From the sequence record SRR9188677_178: a DNA stretch of 64,000 nucleotides, one strand, 5' to 3'. This document shows, piece after piece, positions 10,725 to 21,301 of the stretch (the first letter of the stretch is position 1; every line of letters begins with the position of its first letter). The translations under genes were made by a program, and so were the position numbers. The notes under the pieces are model-generated. The model made no database searches. It saw only the letters and a program-made list of their open reading frames with translations, and had not been told where the DNA came from.

Positions 10725-10795
10725 TGCGAATTCTTTCTTTATTTTTAATAGGCATTCACTCTGCTGACTCACTCTTAATCAGCAGAGTGAGTTAT

Positions 10796-11044
10796 TCAAG
10801 CAGCAAATACTTGCCTGGCGGCCGAGTCGGGCTGCCAGCTGATTAATGCCGAAATATCGCAAGTGAAATAGGCACACAGCTTGTCTAGGTGCTCGGTACA
10901 AGCGTTGTAAGCAGGATTTTTGACCATGCGATGCAAGGTCATGCGGCTGATAGCCGTGGATTCGGCGATTTCTTTAAGGGTGATGTGGCGTTTCCACTCC
11001 ACCTGTTTGGCAAAAATCATTGCCTGTAGGTTGATAACGATCAT
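10796..11044 (-). CDS. XRE/Cro-C1-type helix-turn-helix protein
   Basis: ITLKEIAESTAISRMTLHRM HTH followed by LDKLCAYFTCDISAL; GGAG RBS before the ATG at 11044. Confidence 0.8.
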   Translation of the reverse strand: MIVINLQAMIFAKQVEWKRHITLKEIAESTAISRMTLHRMVKNPAYNACTEHLDKLCAYFTCDISALISWQPDSAARQVFAA

Positions 11045-11110
11045 TGAGATGACTCCATCCATGCCTGCGAAGCAGGCATTACTCAGAATCCGGCCACCAT
11101 GTGGACGGGC

Positions 11111-11545
11111 TTAGATTGAGTGTGGAGTCAGTGGCGGTGCGCGTGAGGGATGCGCAGTAGGGTAAAAACTGGAAACAACAGGTGGCTGATATTCGCTAAG
11201 GGCGATCTCAGCCTGAGCTTGCTGAAACAGAATGTAAGCTGGGCTATGCGCAGGCAAGGTTATTTCATCCAGCGCCATATGGCAAAACGGGCAATGATTA
11301 AGATGGTGGCTCAGTGACACTGGCTTTTGCGAAGGCTTAAAGTCTATCAGCGTGGATAATTGCTTGCCTTGCGTGGTAATCACCTGCACCAACAGTTTAC
11401 TGCCTTGGGTAGAACAGATTTGTTGCATAAACGTGCCACCGTTTTGCATGGGGAAAGCCAGGCTCAAAGTCGGGATAAGCGAAGCCAGCATGATTGCCAT
11501 CAATGCCATGCGCGCCATCCATTTTTGAAATTTGACCTTCACCAT
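11111..11545 (-). CDS. DUF2946-family (CruR/CutF-like) protein
   Basis: N-terminal hydrophobic segment, QICSTQG, HCPFC (CxxC) and C-terminal HPSRAPP, located upstream of a TonB receptor. Confidence 0.8.
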   Translation of the reverse strand: MVKVKFQKWMARMALMAIMLASLIPTLSLAFPMQNGGTFMQQICSTQGSKLLVQVITTQGKQLSTLIDFKPSQKPVSLSHHLNHCPFCHMALDEITLPAHSPAYILFQQAQAEIALSEYQPPVVSSFYPTAHPSRAPPLTPHSI

Positions 11546-11607
11546 GGCGTCATTCTAACGGCAATCCTTTAGAATAAACAACTCTTTCATTGTTTCAGGA
11601 TATTTTC

Positions 11608-12498
11608 ATGGCCACCCCAAGCCTGCTTGCCTTATTAGACGACATCACCACCATGCTGGATGACGTTTCCGTCATGAGCCAAGTAGCCGCCAAAAAAACG
11701 GCTGGCGTATTAGGCGATGACTTGGCATTGAATGCACAACAAGTGACCGGAATAGCGGCAAAACGTGAATTGCCGGTGGTGTGGGCGGTAGCGCGCGGGT
11801 CTTTCCTGAATAAACTGGTACTGGTACCTGCAGCCCTGCTGATCAGCGCTTTCATTCCGTGGCTGATTACTCCGTTACTGATGCTGGGTGGTGCATTTTT
11901 ATGTTACGAAGGCTTTGAAAAAATCTGGCATAAATTGCATGAAAAAAAAGGCGACACACACGAAAAAGTGCATGTATCTGTGCAAAACCCTGACACTGAT
12001 CTGGTTGCGCTGGAAAAAGAAAAAATTAAAGGTGCGGTGCGCACTGACTTTATTTTGTCGGCCGAGATTATCGTAATCTCTTTGGGGGTGGTGGCTGAAT
12101 CCGCATTGACCCAGCGCATTGTGGTGCTTTCGATCATTGCCGTCCTGATGACAATTGGTGTTTACGGCCTGGTGGCGTTTATCGTCAAAATGGATGATAT
12201 CGGCTTGTGGTTAATGCAGCGCCAGGGACAAAATGTTACCTCGCAATCGATACGTAAACTTGGCTGGGGCATGGTGCGAATAGTGCCTTACCTGATGCGT
12301 TTGCTGAGTGTGCTGGGAACCGCCGCCATGTTCCTGGTGGGTGGTGGCATTATTGCGCATGGTATCCCTCAATTACACGGTTTGACTGAACTTGCGCTAC
12401 CCTGGTCTTTACTCGTCAATGCAGGCGTTGGCATACTCACTGGCGCATTATGTTTTGTGCTGATTAGTAGCGTGAAGTTATTTATCAATAAAGACTAG
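11608..12498 (+). CDS. DUF808 / YedI-like inner-membrane protein
   Basis: SLLALLDDI...[30 protein letters not shown] and [12 protein letters not shown] motifs. Confidence 0.85.
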   Translation: MATPSLLALLDDITTMLDDVSVMSQVAAKKTAGVLGDDLALNAQQVTGIAAKRELPVVWAVARGSFLNKLVLVPAALLISAFIPWLITPLLMLGGAFLCYEGFEKIWHKLHEKKGDTHEKVHVSVQNPDTDLVALEKEKIKGAVRTDFILSAEIIVISLGVVAESALTQRIVVLSIIAVLMTIGVYGLVAFIVKMDDIGLWLMQRQGQNVTSQSIRKLGWGMVRIVPYLMRLLSVLGTAAMFLVGGGIIAHGIPQLHGLTELALPWSLLVNAGVGILTGALCFVLISSVKLFINKD

Positions 12499-12544
12499 TT
12501 TTTTTCTAAGCCCTTGTTAGAATTGACTTAACAAGGGGGGCTGC

Positions 12545-14851
12545 ATGACACTTTCTCGTAAAGTTATTGGTGTTGCTTTATCCATAACCATTATCTGCCT
12601 GCTAGCAACCATTCATGCCACCCCAGAAATGTCACTGTGGCTGGATAATATTCACTGGTTCACTACCAATGCAGCCTGCCTGATATTGGCCATGCTGGGA
12701 TATCTGCGCGCGAATACTACCCATCGCCCCTGCAAAGGCTGGTTTGTGATTGGCACCCTGTTCTACTTTACGGGTGGCTTAATGTGGATCTTTGAAGTCC
12801 TCTCGCAGCAATCGCAATTCCCTGCCCAGTCCGATATCTTTTACCCATTGATGGGCCCCTGTATTATCGTCGGCTTTATTATCGCCTTACGCACTCAGCT
12901 CTCCCACTCAAAAGCCTGGGCATTTACTGTAGATGCAACGGCATTCAGCATCGCCATCCTGGGCTATGTGCTGATTTCCTACTTACCAAAATCTGCAGGA
13001 ATCAGCCTGTTTCAACTTGCCGTACTCACCGCCTATCCCGCCAGCATGCTCAGTGCATCCATGGTTTCGTTGCTGTTAATTCCCTACCTGAGACCGGTAT
13101 GTATGCTGCCCTGGCTATTGCTTAGCGCAGGGCTGGCACTGTTAGGAATATGCTGGATGCAATGGAATTTGAATGCGCTAAATCACATCCCGCAAACCAG
13201 CCTGTATATTAATTACGGCTTCTCAGTGGCTGATTTACTGATAGGCAGCGGCCTCTATGGCTGGCAGGTACGCATCGCCAAACAAACAAACTATCATCGT
13301 CAATGCAGGCGGCTACGCGGCTGGATTCCGGTGATCGCTTTTATCTTCAGCATTTGCACATTGATACAGATCTGGTGGCAAAGTGGCCCACACCCATATG
13401 CTTATCACATTGCCATCGGCTCAGTTGTTTCTATCCTTATTTTTTCCGCGCTCAGGCAAAGCATATTGTTAAATGAAAGTGAGCGGCTGTTACGCGCCGA
13501 GAAAAAGCTGGCTGAAAAAGAACTGGAATATCAGCAACTGTCGCGGCTGGACGCGCTGACACAGTTACCTAACCGCATCACCATGTTGAGCCTGCTTGAA
13601 CATAATATTATTAATGCCGCCAGCGAGAGCGGGATGGTGTCATTAATGATGATTGATTTAAGGCATTTTCAAAGCATTAACGACAGCTTTGGCCATCGCG
13701 CAGGCGATCTATTCTTGATTGAGATATCCCAACGTTTGCAATACATCGCGAATGAAAGTGGCGAGTTAGGCCGTGTGCATGGCGATAAATTTGCCTTGAT
13801 TATCACCCAGCATAAATCAGACGCCGAGTTGTTAAGGCTGGCCAATAATCTATGCAAAATCGTCCATAAACCTGTGATGATTGAAGATCATGAATTGATA
13901 CTTGATGCCTGCATTGGTATCAGCGTATACCCGCGCGATGCAGAGAATGCAGACCAGCTGGCACGTAGTGCGAATACAGCGTTGGCCCATGCCAAATGCT
14001 CTACTGAACAGTCATTTTTGTTTTATTGCAAAGAACAAACCAAGCAGGCACAAAACCGGTTTAAGCTGGATGTGCAATTGCGCAAAGCGATTAAAAAGCA
14101 GGAGTTCTTTCTGGTTTTCCAGCCAATATTCAAACTAAATAAACAAAAGCAACCTCAAGTCGCCAATATAGAAGCACTTATCCGCTGGAAAAACAGCAAA
14201 GGCGAGATTATCTCGCCGATCGAATTCATTCCATATGCCGAACAGTCCGGGCTGATCCTGCCGATTGGTGAATGGGTGATCGCTGAGGCCATCCGCCATT
14301 TATCTTTACTTACATATGCACATGATCAAGCGCCGGGGCTATCCATCAATATCTCCCCGCGCCAATTCCGCGACCATCACTTGCCTTCCCGAGTGGCACA
14401 GCACTTAAAACAATATGCCATTGCCCCTGGACGTATCACGCTGGAGATCACCGAAAGCGCAGTATTTGAGCATGAAGAACAGGCACTCGAAATGCTCAAT
14501 CAGCTAAAAGCGATGGGCGTGCGTGTGTCACTGGACGATTTTGGCGTGGGTAATTCTTCGCTGTTTAAACTGAAACACCTGCCAATTGACGAACTCAAGA
14601 TTGACCGTGCTTTTATGGTTGATGTACCGGATAGCAGTTCGGATAGTGAAATTGTCAGCACCATCGTTAAAACGGCAGGCATTTTAGGGATTTCAGTCGT
14701 AGTAGAAGGAATAGAAACCCAGGCGCAACTCGACTTTTTAGGGAAGATCGGCTGCGATTGTATTCAAGGTTTTTTACTTGGAAAGCCTATGCCCATTCAA
14801 GATATTCAGGCACTCCTGAAATCTGACAGGACAGATCAACAGCCGGCTTAA
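12545..14851 (+). CDS. Polytopic membrane GGDEF-EAL protein, likely a phosphodiesterase
   Basis: About 300-aa hydrophobic N-terminus; GGDEF site degenerate (HGDKF); EALIRW and DDFGVG intact. Confidence 0.85.
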   Translation: MTLSRKVIGVALSITIICLLATIHATPEMSLWLDNIHWFTTNAACLILAMLGYLRANTTHRPCKGWFVIGTLFYFTGGLMWIFEVLSQQSQFPAQSDIFYPLMGPCIIVGFIIALRTQLSHSKAWAFTVDATAFSIAILGYVLISYLPKSAGISLFQLAVLTAYPASMLSASMVSLLLIPYLRPVCMLPWLLLSAGLALLGICWMQWNLNALNHIPQTSLYINYGFSVADLLIGSGLYGWQVRIAKQTNYHRQCRRLRGWIPVIAFIFSICTLIQIWWQSGPHPYAYHIAIGSVVSILIFSALRQSILLNESERLLRAEKKLAEKELEYQQLSRLDALTQLPNRITMLSLLEHNIINAASESGMVSLMMIDLRHFQSINDSFGHRAGDLFLIEISQRLQYIANESGELGRVHGDKFALIITQHKSDAELLRLANNLCKIVHKPVMIEDHELILDACIGISVYPRDAENADQLARSANTALAHAKCSTEQSFLFYCKEQTKQAQNRFKLDVQLRKAIKKQEFFLVFQPIFKLNKQKQPQVANIEALIRWKNSKGEIISPIEFIPYAEQSGLILPIGEWVIAEAIRHLSLLTYAHDQAPGLSINISPRQFRDHHLPSRVAQHLKQYAIAPGRITLEITESAVFEHEEQALEMLNQLKAMGVRVSLDDFGVGNSSLFKLKHLPIDELKIDRAFMVDVPDSSSDSEIVSTIVKTAGILGISVVVEGIETQAQLDFLGKIGCDCIQGFLLGKPMPIQDIQALLKSDRTDQQPA

Positions 14852-14854
14852 TGC

Positions 14855-15169
14855 TTAAAACGTCAATTTCAACGTGACGGTGATTTCACTGTTAACAGTC
14901 AAACCCAGCTTTTTACGAACATCCGCTTTTAAAAACAGCGCATAACGGCCACCTTCAAATACCGGAAAAATGGAGGTTTGCCATTGTTGATCCTGCACAG
15001 TGACTTCGACTTTGACTGCGCCCCAACCTCTACGCTTGGTTTGATGATATTGGCTTAGAGTGTGTATTTCATCAGACATCTGTTCAGGCAAACTGATGTA
15101 ATGCCAAATGCTTTTGCTGCCCTGCCAGACTTTGATGACATCAGTAAAAGTGTAGTTCAACCCTTCCAT
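14855..15169 (-). CDS. DUF1905-domain protein
   Basis: WHYISLP...RRGWGAVKVEV...WQTSIFP...LFLKADVRK pattern. Confidence 0.75.
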   Translation of the reverse strand: MEGLNYTFTDVIKVWQGSKSIWHYISLPEQMSDEIHTLSQYHQTKRRGWGAVKVEVTVQDQQWQTSIFPVFEGGRYALFLKADVRKKLGLTVNSEITVTLKLTF

Positions 15170-15213
15170 ACACACGCACTTTCATCAGCTGGTGACTGCA
15201 AACTATGTGGCTA

Positions 15214-15693
15214 CTAGCCAGGATTCTTAAAACTATCCAGTACCAACATAGCTACGCCCACGCAAATGGCACTATCAGCCACATTAAACGCTGGCCATGC
15301 CCATTGTTCATAATAAAACAGCAGGAAATCAACCACATAGCCCAAGGTCAGGCGGTCATACAAATTACCAAGTGCACCGCCTAACACCAGTGCGATAGCA
15401 AAGCAGAACAATGTTTTCTGTGGATACTTGACCAGCAAATAGACCATGACTACAGATGCCAGCGTAGACACCGCGGTGAAAAATCCATGCTGCCAGCCAC
15501 CGGCATTCGCGAGAAAGCTGAAGGCGGCGCCGGTATTGTGATAGCGAACCAGATCAAAAAAACCAGTTACTGGCACATGTTCGCCATACACAAATGCCTG
15601 CTGGATCAGGTGCTTGGTATAGAGGTCGAGTACAATCACAATTGCGCTCAACACAAACCACGGCATTGCCGACCTTATATTACTATTGCGCAT
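15214..15693 (-). CDS. lspA: Lipoprotein signal peptidase II
   Basis: NTGAAFS, GALGNLYDR, VVDF and WPAFNVADSAI motifs; directly downstream of ileS. Confidence 0.95.
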   Translation of the reverse strand: MRNSNIRSAMPWFVLSAIVIVLDLYTKHLIQQAFVYGEHVPVTGFFDLVRYHNTGAAFSFLANAGGWQHGFFTAVSTLASVVMVYLLVKYPQKTLFCFAIALVLGGALGNLYDRLTLGYVVDFLLFYYEQWAWPAFNVADSAICVGVAMLVLDSFKNPG

Positions 15694-15700
15694 AGAGACA

Positions 15701-18574
15701 TTAAGCATACTTGCGTGCTTCACCACTACCAAAGAGGTTGCTGACGCAACGGCCACAAATGCTTGGGTGCGCGGCATCGCTGCCTACATCGGCACGGTAA
15801 TGCCAGCAACGGTCGCACTTGGTATGAGTGCTCGATTTGACATCTACACCCACTGGCGCGGCTACTTGTTTGTAAACATTGGCTCGAGAAGTAATCAAAG
15901 TAAACTTTAAGTCTTCCCCAAAACGACTGAGTGAATCATAGATTTTTTCATCGGCATAAATATCAAGTTCCGCCTGCAGGGAGGATCCGACGACACCTTC
16001 GCCACGCTTTTCCTCAATTTTTTTGTTGGCAATATCCCTGAATTGTCTTAAGTTGCCCCAATCTTCAAGCATAGACTGATTTAAGCCATGCGCTGGCAAA
16101 CCGTACCACTCCTCTTCAAATACCGTCGCTTCTGCATCCAGGCCGCTTGTGCTATTCACATCCAAGGTCTGCCAGATTTCATCAGCCGTAAAGCTTAAGA
16201 TCGGTGTCATTAAACGCATCAGCGCATGTGTGATGTGATATAACGCACTTTGCGCAGCACGACGTGCTGGCGAAGTTTCACCACTGGTGTACAAACGGTC
16301 TTTCAGGATATCCAGGTAGAAACCACCCAGATCCTCGGAGCAGAAACCAACGAATTTCTGTACCGCCAAGTGGAATTCGTATTTATCATAATCCGCCAGA
16401 ATACCTGTTTGCAGCTCTTGCGTTAAATGCAGAGCATAACGGTCTATTTCCAGCCATTCATCCACCGGCAATAAATCTTTTTTCGCATCAAAATCTGCCA
16501 GATTGGAAAGCAGGAAGCGTAGGGTGTTACGGATACGGCGATAACCGTCAGCGACACGTTTGAGAATTTCATCACTGATAGTCAGCTCACCGGAGTAATC
16601 GGTAGAAGCTACCCATAAGCGCAGGATATCTGCACCGTAAGTATCCATTACTTTTTGCGGTGCGACCACATTGCCTTTGGATTTGCTCATTTTATGACCG
16701 GCACCATCCACCACAAAACCGTGTGTCAGCAAGGCGTTATAAGGTGCATGGCCGTCAATCGCACAACCGGTCAACAAACTCGACTGAAACCAGCCTCTAT
16801 GCTGGTCAGAGCCTTCCAGGTATAAATCTGCCACTGGTTTGCCTGATGCTGCTCGTGCTTGTGCTTCAACAGCCAATGACGGATGTTGTGAAGAACGGAT
16901 GACTGCGTAATGCGTAGCGCCGGAGTCAAACCAGACATCCAGGGTATCGGTGACTTTTTTGTATTGCTCGGCATTTTGCGGTGCATGCTGATTGAGGAAA
17001 GCATCGCCATCCAGGCTAAACCAGGCTTCCACACCTTGTTGTTCAACTTGCTTGCAAACAGTCTCCAGCAAATTCAATGTGTCAGGGTGCGGTGCGCCGG
17101 TTTCTTTATGCACAAAGAAGGGCATAGGCACGCCCCAGTTACGCTGACGCGACACGCACCAATCCGGACGATTCTTAATCATCGCTTCCAGACGAGCACG
17201 GCCCCAGCTAGGGAAAAACTCGGTAGCGTCCACTGCAGTATTCGCTTGCTCACGCAAAGGCTTACCATCTGTACCGACAGAGTTCATGCCGATAAACCAT
17301 TGATGTGTCGCTAATTGCATCAATGGCGTTTTATGGCGCCAGCAATGCGGAAAGCTATGGTTCAGGCGTGCAGAGGCAAACAGAACACCGTTTTCTTGTA
17401 ACTTTGCCAGAATAATCTTGTTTGCTTCCTGACGGCTCAGGCCACGGATTTCGGTAAACTCGACCAGTTCACTGTTAAAAAACTTGCCATCTCCACCGAT
17501 GAGCACGCGCGGTTTCTCATTCGGGAAATTGGCACGCATCACCAGCCAGTCATCATTACCGTGTGCTGCAGCGGTATGTACCAGGCCGGTACCGGCTTCA
17601 GTCGTGACGTGGTCGCCGGTAATCACCGGCACCTCACGGTTATCGAATGGATGTTGCAATATTAATCCACGCAAGGCTTCGCCTTTTGCGCTGGCAAGCA
17701 CAGCAGTATTTTCTTCGGTATACCGTGCCAGCGTTTTTTCAGCCAGCTCGCGTGCAAGGATCAACAAGCCTTTGCTGGTTTGAATCAGGTCATAATCCAG
17801 CTCGGCATTCACGCTCACCGCCTGGTTAGCAGGCAGTGTCCATGGCGTCGTGGTCCAGATCACCGCGTAAGCATCACCTGTTACATTAGCCCCAAACGCT
17901 TTAAGCAGCGCCGCGTTATCTGCGACTTTAAAACCGACATCGATCGCTGGTGAGTTCACATCCTCGTACTCAACTTCGGCTTCAGCCAAGGCTGAACCGC
18001 AGTCAACACACCAGTGCACCGGCTTGCTACCTTGATACAGGTAACCGTTTTTATAGATATCGCCCAAAGCACGCATGATGTCAGCTTCGGTATCAAAGGC
18101 CATGGTCAGGTAGGGATGATCCCAGTCACCAAACACGCCCAGGCGTATAAAGTCTTTTTTCTGTTTCTCTACCTGTTCGGCAGCATAGGCGCGGCATAAT
18201 TCACGGAATTTGGCCGGAGCTATATTTTTGCCGTGGGCTTTTTCAACCACCAGCTCAATCGGCAGACCGTGGCAATCCCATCCCGGCACATAAGGCGCGT
18301 CAAAACCAGACATGGTTTTGGCTTTGATAATGATATCTTTGAGGATTTTATTGACTGCATGACCAATGTGAATGTCACCGTTGGCATACGGCGGACCATC
18401 ATGCAAAATGAATTTTTTAGCGCCCTGGCGTTTGGTGCGAATGCGCTCGTACACTTTGCGCTGCTGCCAGCTAGCTAGCCAGGCCGGTTCACGCTTGGCT
18501 AAATCGCCACGCATGGGGAAGCTGGTCTCAGGTAAATTCAGTTTGTATTTAGAATCTTTATTTTGGTCAGTCAT
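15701..18574 (-). CDS. ileS: Isoleucine--tRNA ligase
   Basis: [20 protein letters not shown] and C-terminal CDRCW...CGRC zinc motif. Confidence 0.98.
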   Translation of the reverse strand: MTDQNKDSKYKLNLPETSFPMRGDLAKREPAWLASWQQRKVYERIRTKRQGAKKFILHDGPPYANGDIHIGHAVNKILKDIIIKAKTMSGFDAPYVPGWDCHGLPIELVVEKAHGKNIAPAKFRELCRAYAAEQVEKQKKDFIRLGVFGDWDHPYLTMAFDTEADIMRALGDIYKNGYLYQGSKPVHWCVDCGSALAEAEVEYEDVNSPAIDVGFKVADNAALLKAFGANVTGDAYAVIWTTTPWTLPANQAVSVNAELDYDLIQTSKGLLILARELAEKTLARYTEENTAVLASAKGEALRGLILQHPFDNREVPVITGDHVTTEAGTGLVHTAAAHGNDDWLVMRANFPNEKPRVLIGGDGKFFNSELVEFTEIRGLSRQEANKIILAKLQENGVLFASARLNHSFPHCWRHKTPLMQLATHQWFIGMNSVGTDGKPLREQANTAVDATEFFPSWGRARLEAMIKNRPDWCVSRQRNWGVPMPFFVHKETGAPHPDTLNLLETVCKQVEQQGVEAWFSLDGDAFLNQHAPQNAEQYKKVTDTLDVWFDSGATHYAVIRSSQHPSLAVEAQARAASGKPVADLYLEGSDQHRGWFQSSLLTGCAIDGHAPYNALLTHGFVVDGAGHKMSKSKGNVVAPQKVMDTYGADILRLWVASTDYSGELTISDEILKRVADGYRRIRNTLRFLLSNLADFDAKKDLLPVDEWLEIDRYALHLTQELQTGILADYDKYEFHLAVQKFVGFCSEDLGGFYLDILKDRLYTSGETSPARRAAQSALYHITHALMRLMTPILSFTADEIWQTLDVNSTSGLDAEATVFEEEWYGLPAHGLNQSMLEDWGNLRQFRDIANKKIEEKRGEGVVGSSLQAELDIYADEKIYDSLSRFGEDLKFTLITSRANVYKQVAAPVGVDVKSSTHTKCDRCWHYRADVGSDAAHPSICGRCVSNLFGSGEARKYA

Positions 18575-18637
18575 TTAAAAAATCTCAACATTGCATGCCC
18601 TGCATTTTCATAAGGCATGACACACTATTTCTTTTAA

Positions 18638-19540
18638 CTATTTAACGGCACCGGACTGGAAGTATTGTTTAGCGTGCACAACGTCGGCTGCAATCTGTGC
18701 TGTCAGTGCGTCCAAGCCGGCAAATTTCATCTCATCACGCAATTTGTGCAAAAACTCCACATGCACATGCTGATCATATAAATCACCATTAAAATCAAAC
18801 ACATGCACTTCCAATTTGAGTTTGGGGATACCTTCAATGGTGGGTCGCACGCCCAGATTGGCAACTGCCGGTAAATTGTTCAATTTTACCGCATAAACCC
18901 CGGTGAGTGCAGGCCGTTCGTGGCGCATATGCACGTTAGCCGTGGGGAAACCAAGCTGCCTGCCTAACTTTGCCCCATGCACCACCTTGCCGCTGATGCT
19001 GTAAGTGCGCCCTAGCAAAGTATGTGCTTTTGCAAAATCGCCTGCTGCCAGTGCGTTACGCACCAGGGTGCTTGACACCCGTTCACCGTCAAATTGCACT
19101 TCCGGCAAGGGAATAACGTTGAACCCATGTTCAATCAAGGTTTGTACAGTGCCTGCCCGTTTGGCACCAAAACAGAAATCTTCACCCACCATGACCACAT
19201 TGGCATTAAGCTGGTGCTGCAATGTCTGCATGAACGTGGCCGGGGTCTGGGCAGCAAAAGCATGGCTAAAGCGTTGCACATAGACACGCTGCACACCAAA
19301 TTCAGCAAAATACTCCAGTTTTTCCCGCATGGAGGCCAGTCGTGCAGGCGCATTTTGCGGCACAAAAAATTCGCGTGGATGAGGTTCAAACGTCATCACT
19401 GCCGGAACAATCCGGTAGGTTTGAGCAAAGGCAACTAATTGGCGTAATAACGCCTGATGCCCAAGGTGCATCCCATCAAAGTTACCGATCGCAATCGTCT
19501 GAGGTAAAGAGCTATCAGGGATGTGTCTGTATATTTTCAC
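18638..19540 (-). CDS. ribF: Riboflavin kinase / FAD synthetase
   Basis: IGNFDGMHLGH, SSTLVR and GRQLGFPTAN motifs. Confidence 0.96.
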   Translation of the reverse strand: MKIYRHIPDSSLPQTIAIGNFDGMHLGHQALLRQLVAFAQTYRIVPAVMTFEPHPREFFVPQNAPARLASMREKLEYFAEFGVQRVYVQRFSHAFAAQTPATFMQTLQHQLNANVVMVGEDFCFGAKRAGTVQTLIEHGFNVIPLPEVQFDGERVSSTLVRNALAAGDFAKAHTLLGRTYSISGKVVHGAKLGRQLGFPTANVHMRHERPALTGVYAVKLNNLPAVANLGVRPTIEGIPKLKLEVHVFDFNGDLYDQHVHVEFLHKLRDEMKFAGLDALTAQIAADVVHAKQYFQSGAVK

Positions 19541-19552
19541 TGAATATTTAAA

Positions 19553-20122
19553 TTAACCCGTGATCTTGAAGCTGGTTACTGTTTGATTAAAAGTCTGTTT
19601 ATCACGTTCAAAATAATGAATTGAAGGAGCCTGATAGCTAATTCTGTAATAATTTTGGGCGCTAACCAAGCCATAAGTGACCTGCTCGAACCTCAATCCT
19701 TTTTCATTTAAATATTGAATATGCAAACGAAAGGCTTTTTGGTCAGAAACATTTTCCAAAGTGTTTTCAAGCACTTTGATACTGGCGGCATTGCTGCTCT
19801 TAGCCTTAATTTCAGCCAACTCCAATTCTGCAAGATCCGAAATAGGCATATTGGCTGCTGCTGTTTTCTTAATGCGGGAGAACGCTTTATCTGGCTTCAA
19901 TGCCTCAATCCGGATTGATTGCAAACTGTAACCATCTTTTGATATCCATAGCGCATTTTCGCTTTGATATCCGTTGATCTGCACCCACCCTACCGGCAAA
20001 CTCACTTTAAAGTTTTTATTGGTATCAACATACTCCGCTTTTGTAAGTCGTGTGAATGGTCCGCCACATGAAGTGAGTAATGTAATTAAACTGAAGATTA
20101 TAATTTTTTTATAGAAATGCAT
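19553..20122 (-). CDS. Hypothetical lipoprotein
   Basis: Lipobox LLTSC after a short signal peptide; 189-aa ORF in the same operon as the M48 peptidase. Confidence 0.7.
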   Translation of the reverse strand: MHFYKKIIIFSLITLLTSCGGPFTRLTKAEYVDTNKNFKVSLPVGWVQINGYQSENALWISKDGYSLQSIRIEALKPDKAFSRIKKTAAANMPISDLAELELAEIKAKSSNAASIKVLENTLENVSDQKAFRLHIQYLNEKGLRFEQVTYGLVSAQNYYRISYQAPSIHYFERDKQTFNQTVTSFKITG

Positions 20123-20146
20123 GATTTGCCTTTTTTAGTTTTCAAA

Positions 20147-21301
20147 TTATTGTTTAGCAAGGGTTTCAAGGTAACTATTTACATAACTCTTATCACTGGC
20201 CTCTGGTACCAGCTCTAAATAACGCTTGAATTCGCTGGCTGCCTGCTCTCTCTTACTCTGACTCATTAACAGCAAACCCCTTGAACGATATACCGGTGCA
20301 AAATCAGAATTGAGCTCTATTGTCCGGTCAAATTCACGCAACGCGATGTCAATGTCATCTTTTTCGTTACGTTTTCGGTGCGCTTCCCCCAGATAGTAAT
20401 GTACTGTGGGCGGGTATCGTTTCAGTACGTTTTCATCAGACAGCAATGCAATGACATGCTTATAACGGCCGAAACTGAATTCCTGCTCTAGTACTTCAAT
20501 ACGCAACTGATTCACTTTGGCAGCATATTCCGCTTCATTCATAACCCCCGTGTTCGACTCTTGCGCCGCCAGCTTGGTAAAGTTGTCTACCCGATCTTTA
20601 AGTTTTGGATGGGTGGAATAAAAAAAGCCTTCCTGCGCCTCTGATAACTTCACCTCCCTAGCTAGATGTTCAAAGACTTTATGCGCTTCATGGGGATCAT
20701 AGCCCGCCTGAACAAGACGCTTGAAACCCATATTATCGGCCTCAGCTTCAAGTTCACGGGAATATCCATAAATTGAGGAAGTTGCAAGGATATTACCTAT
20801 CAATCCAACGATAGGAATGCCGATGACGGCAGTAATCGTAGCAAATGCAGAAGATCCCTTTATGGACTGTTGGTTGAAGTAACCATGTCTATAAACAAAA
20901 TGCGCGCCTTCATGTGCAAGTACGGTTGCCAACTGTGCCTCATTGTCAAAACGGGCGAGCAGGCCGGTATGCATGTAAATATGTCCATTAGGGATAGCGA
21001 ATGCATTTAATACTGGAGAGTTGACTACATGCACTTTGATAAGCCCCGCGAATTCCGGATAAAGTTTATCCATAATTCCTTGTAGATAAGCCTCAAGTTC
21101 AGGTGAGGCATAAATCTGTCCGCCTTTGCGGATGGCCTTTTCAAAATCAGTACTGGCAGACCACAGACGTTGTTCATCTGATTCCAGCTTCTGCAATGAA
21201 CTCGCATCAGAATAGGGCAAACGCGATTCAGCCCATGCAACTTGCTGCATCAACAAGATGCCAGTCAGCAGCGCACTCAATGTTTTTCTGATTGTTCTCA
21301 T
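20147..21301 (-). CDS. M48-family metallopeptidase with C-terminal TPR
   Basis: NAFAIPNG, HEGAH (HEXXH), SRELEAEAD and STHP motifs; TPR-like C-terminus; signal peptide. Confidence 0.88.
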   Translation of the reverse strand: MRTIRKTLSALLTGILLMQQVAWAESRLPYSDASSLQKLESDEQRLWSASTDFEKAIRKGGQIYASPELEAYLQGIMDKLYPEFAGLIKVHVVNSPVLNAFAIPNGHIYMHTGLLARFDNEAQLATVLAHEGAHFVYRHGYFNQQSIKGSSAFATITAVIGIPIVGLIGNILATSSIYGYSRELEAEADNMGFKRLVQAGYDPHEAHKVFEHLAREVKLSEAQEGFFYSTHPKLKDRVDNFTKLAAQESNTGVMNEAEYAAKVNQLRIEVLEQEFSFGRYKHVIALLSDENVLKRYPPTVHYYLGEAHRKRNEKDDIDIALREFDRTIELNSDFAPVYRSRGLLLMSQSKREQAASEFKRYLELVPEASDKSYVNSYLETLAKQ

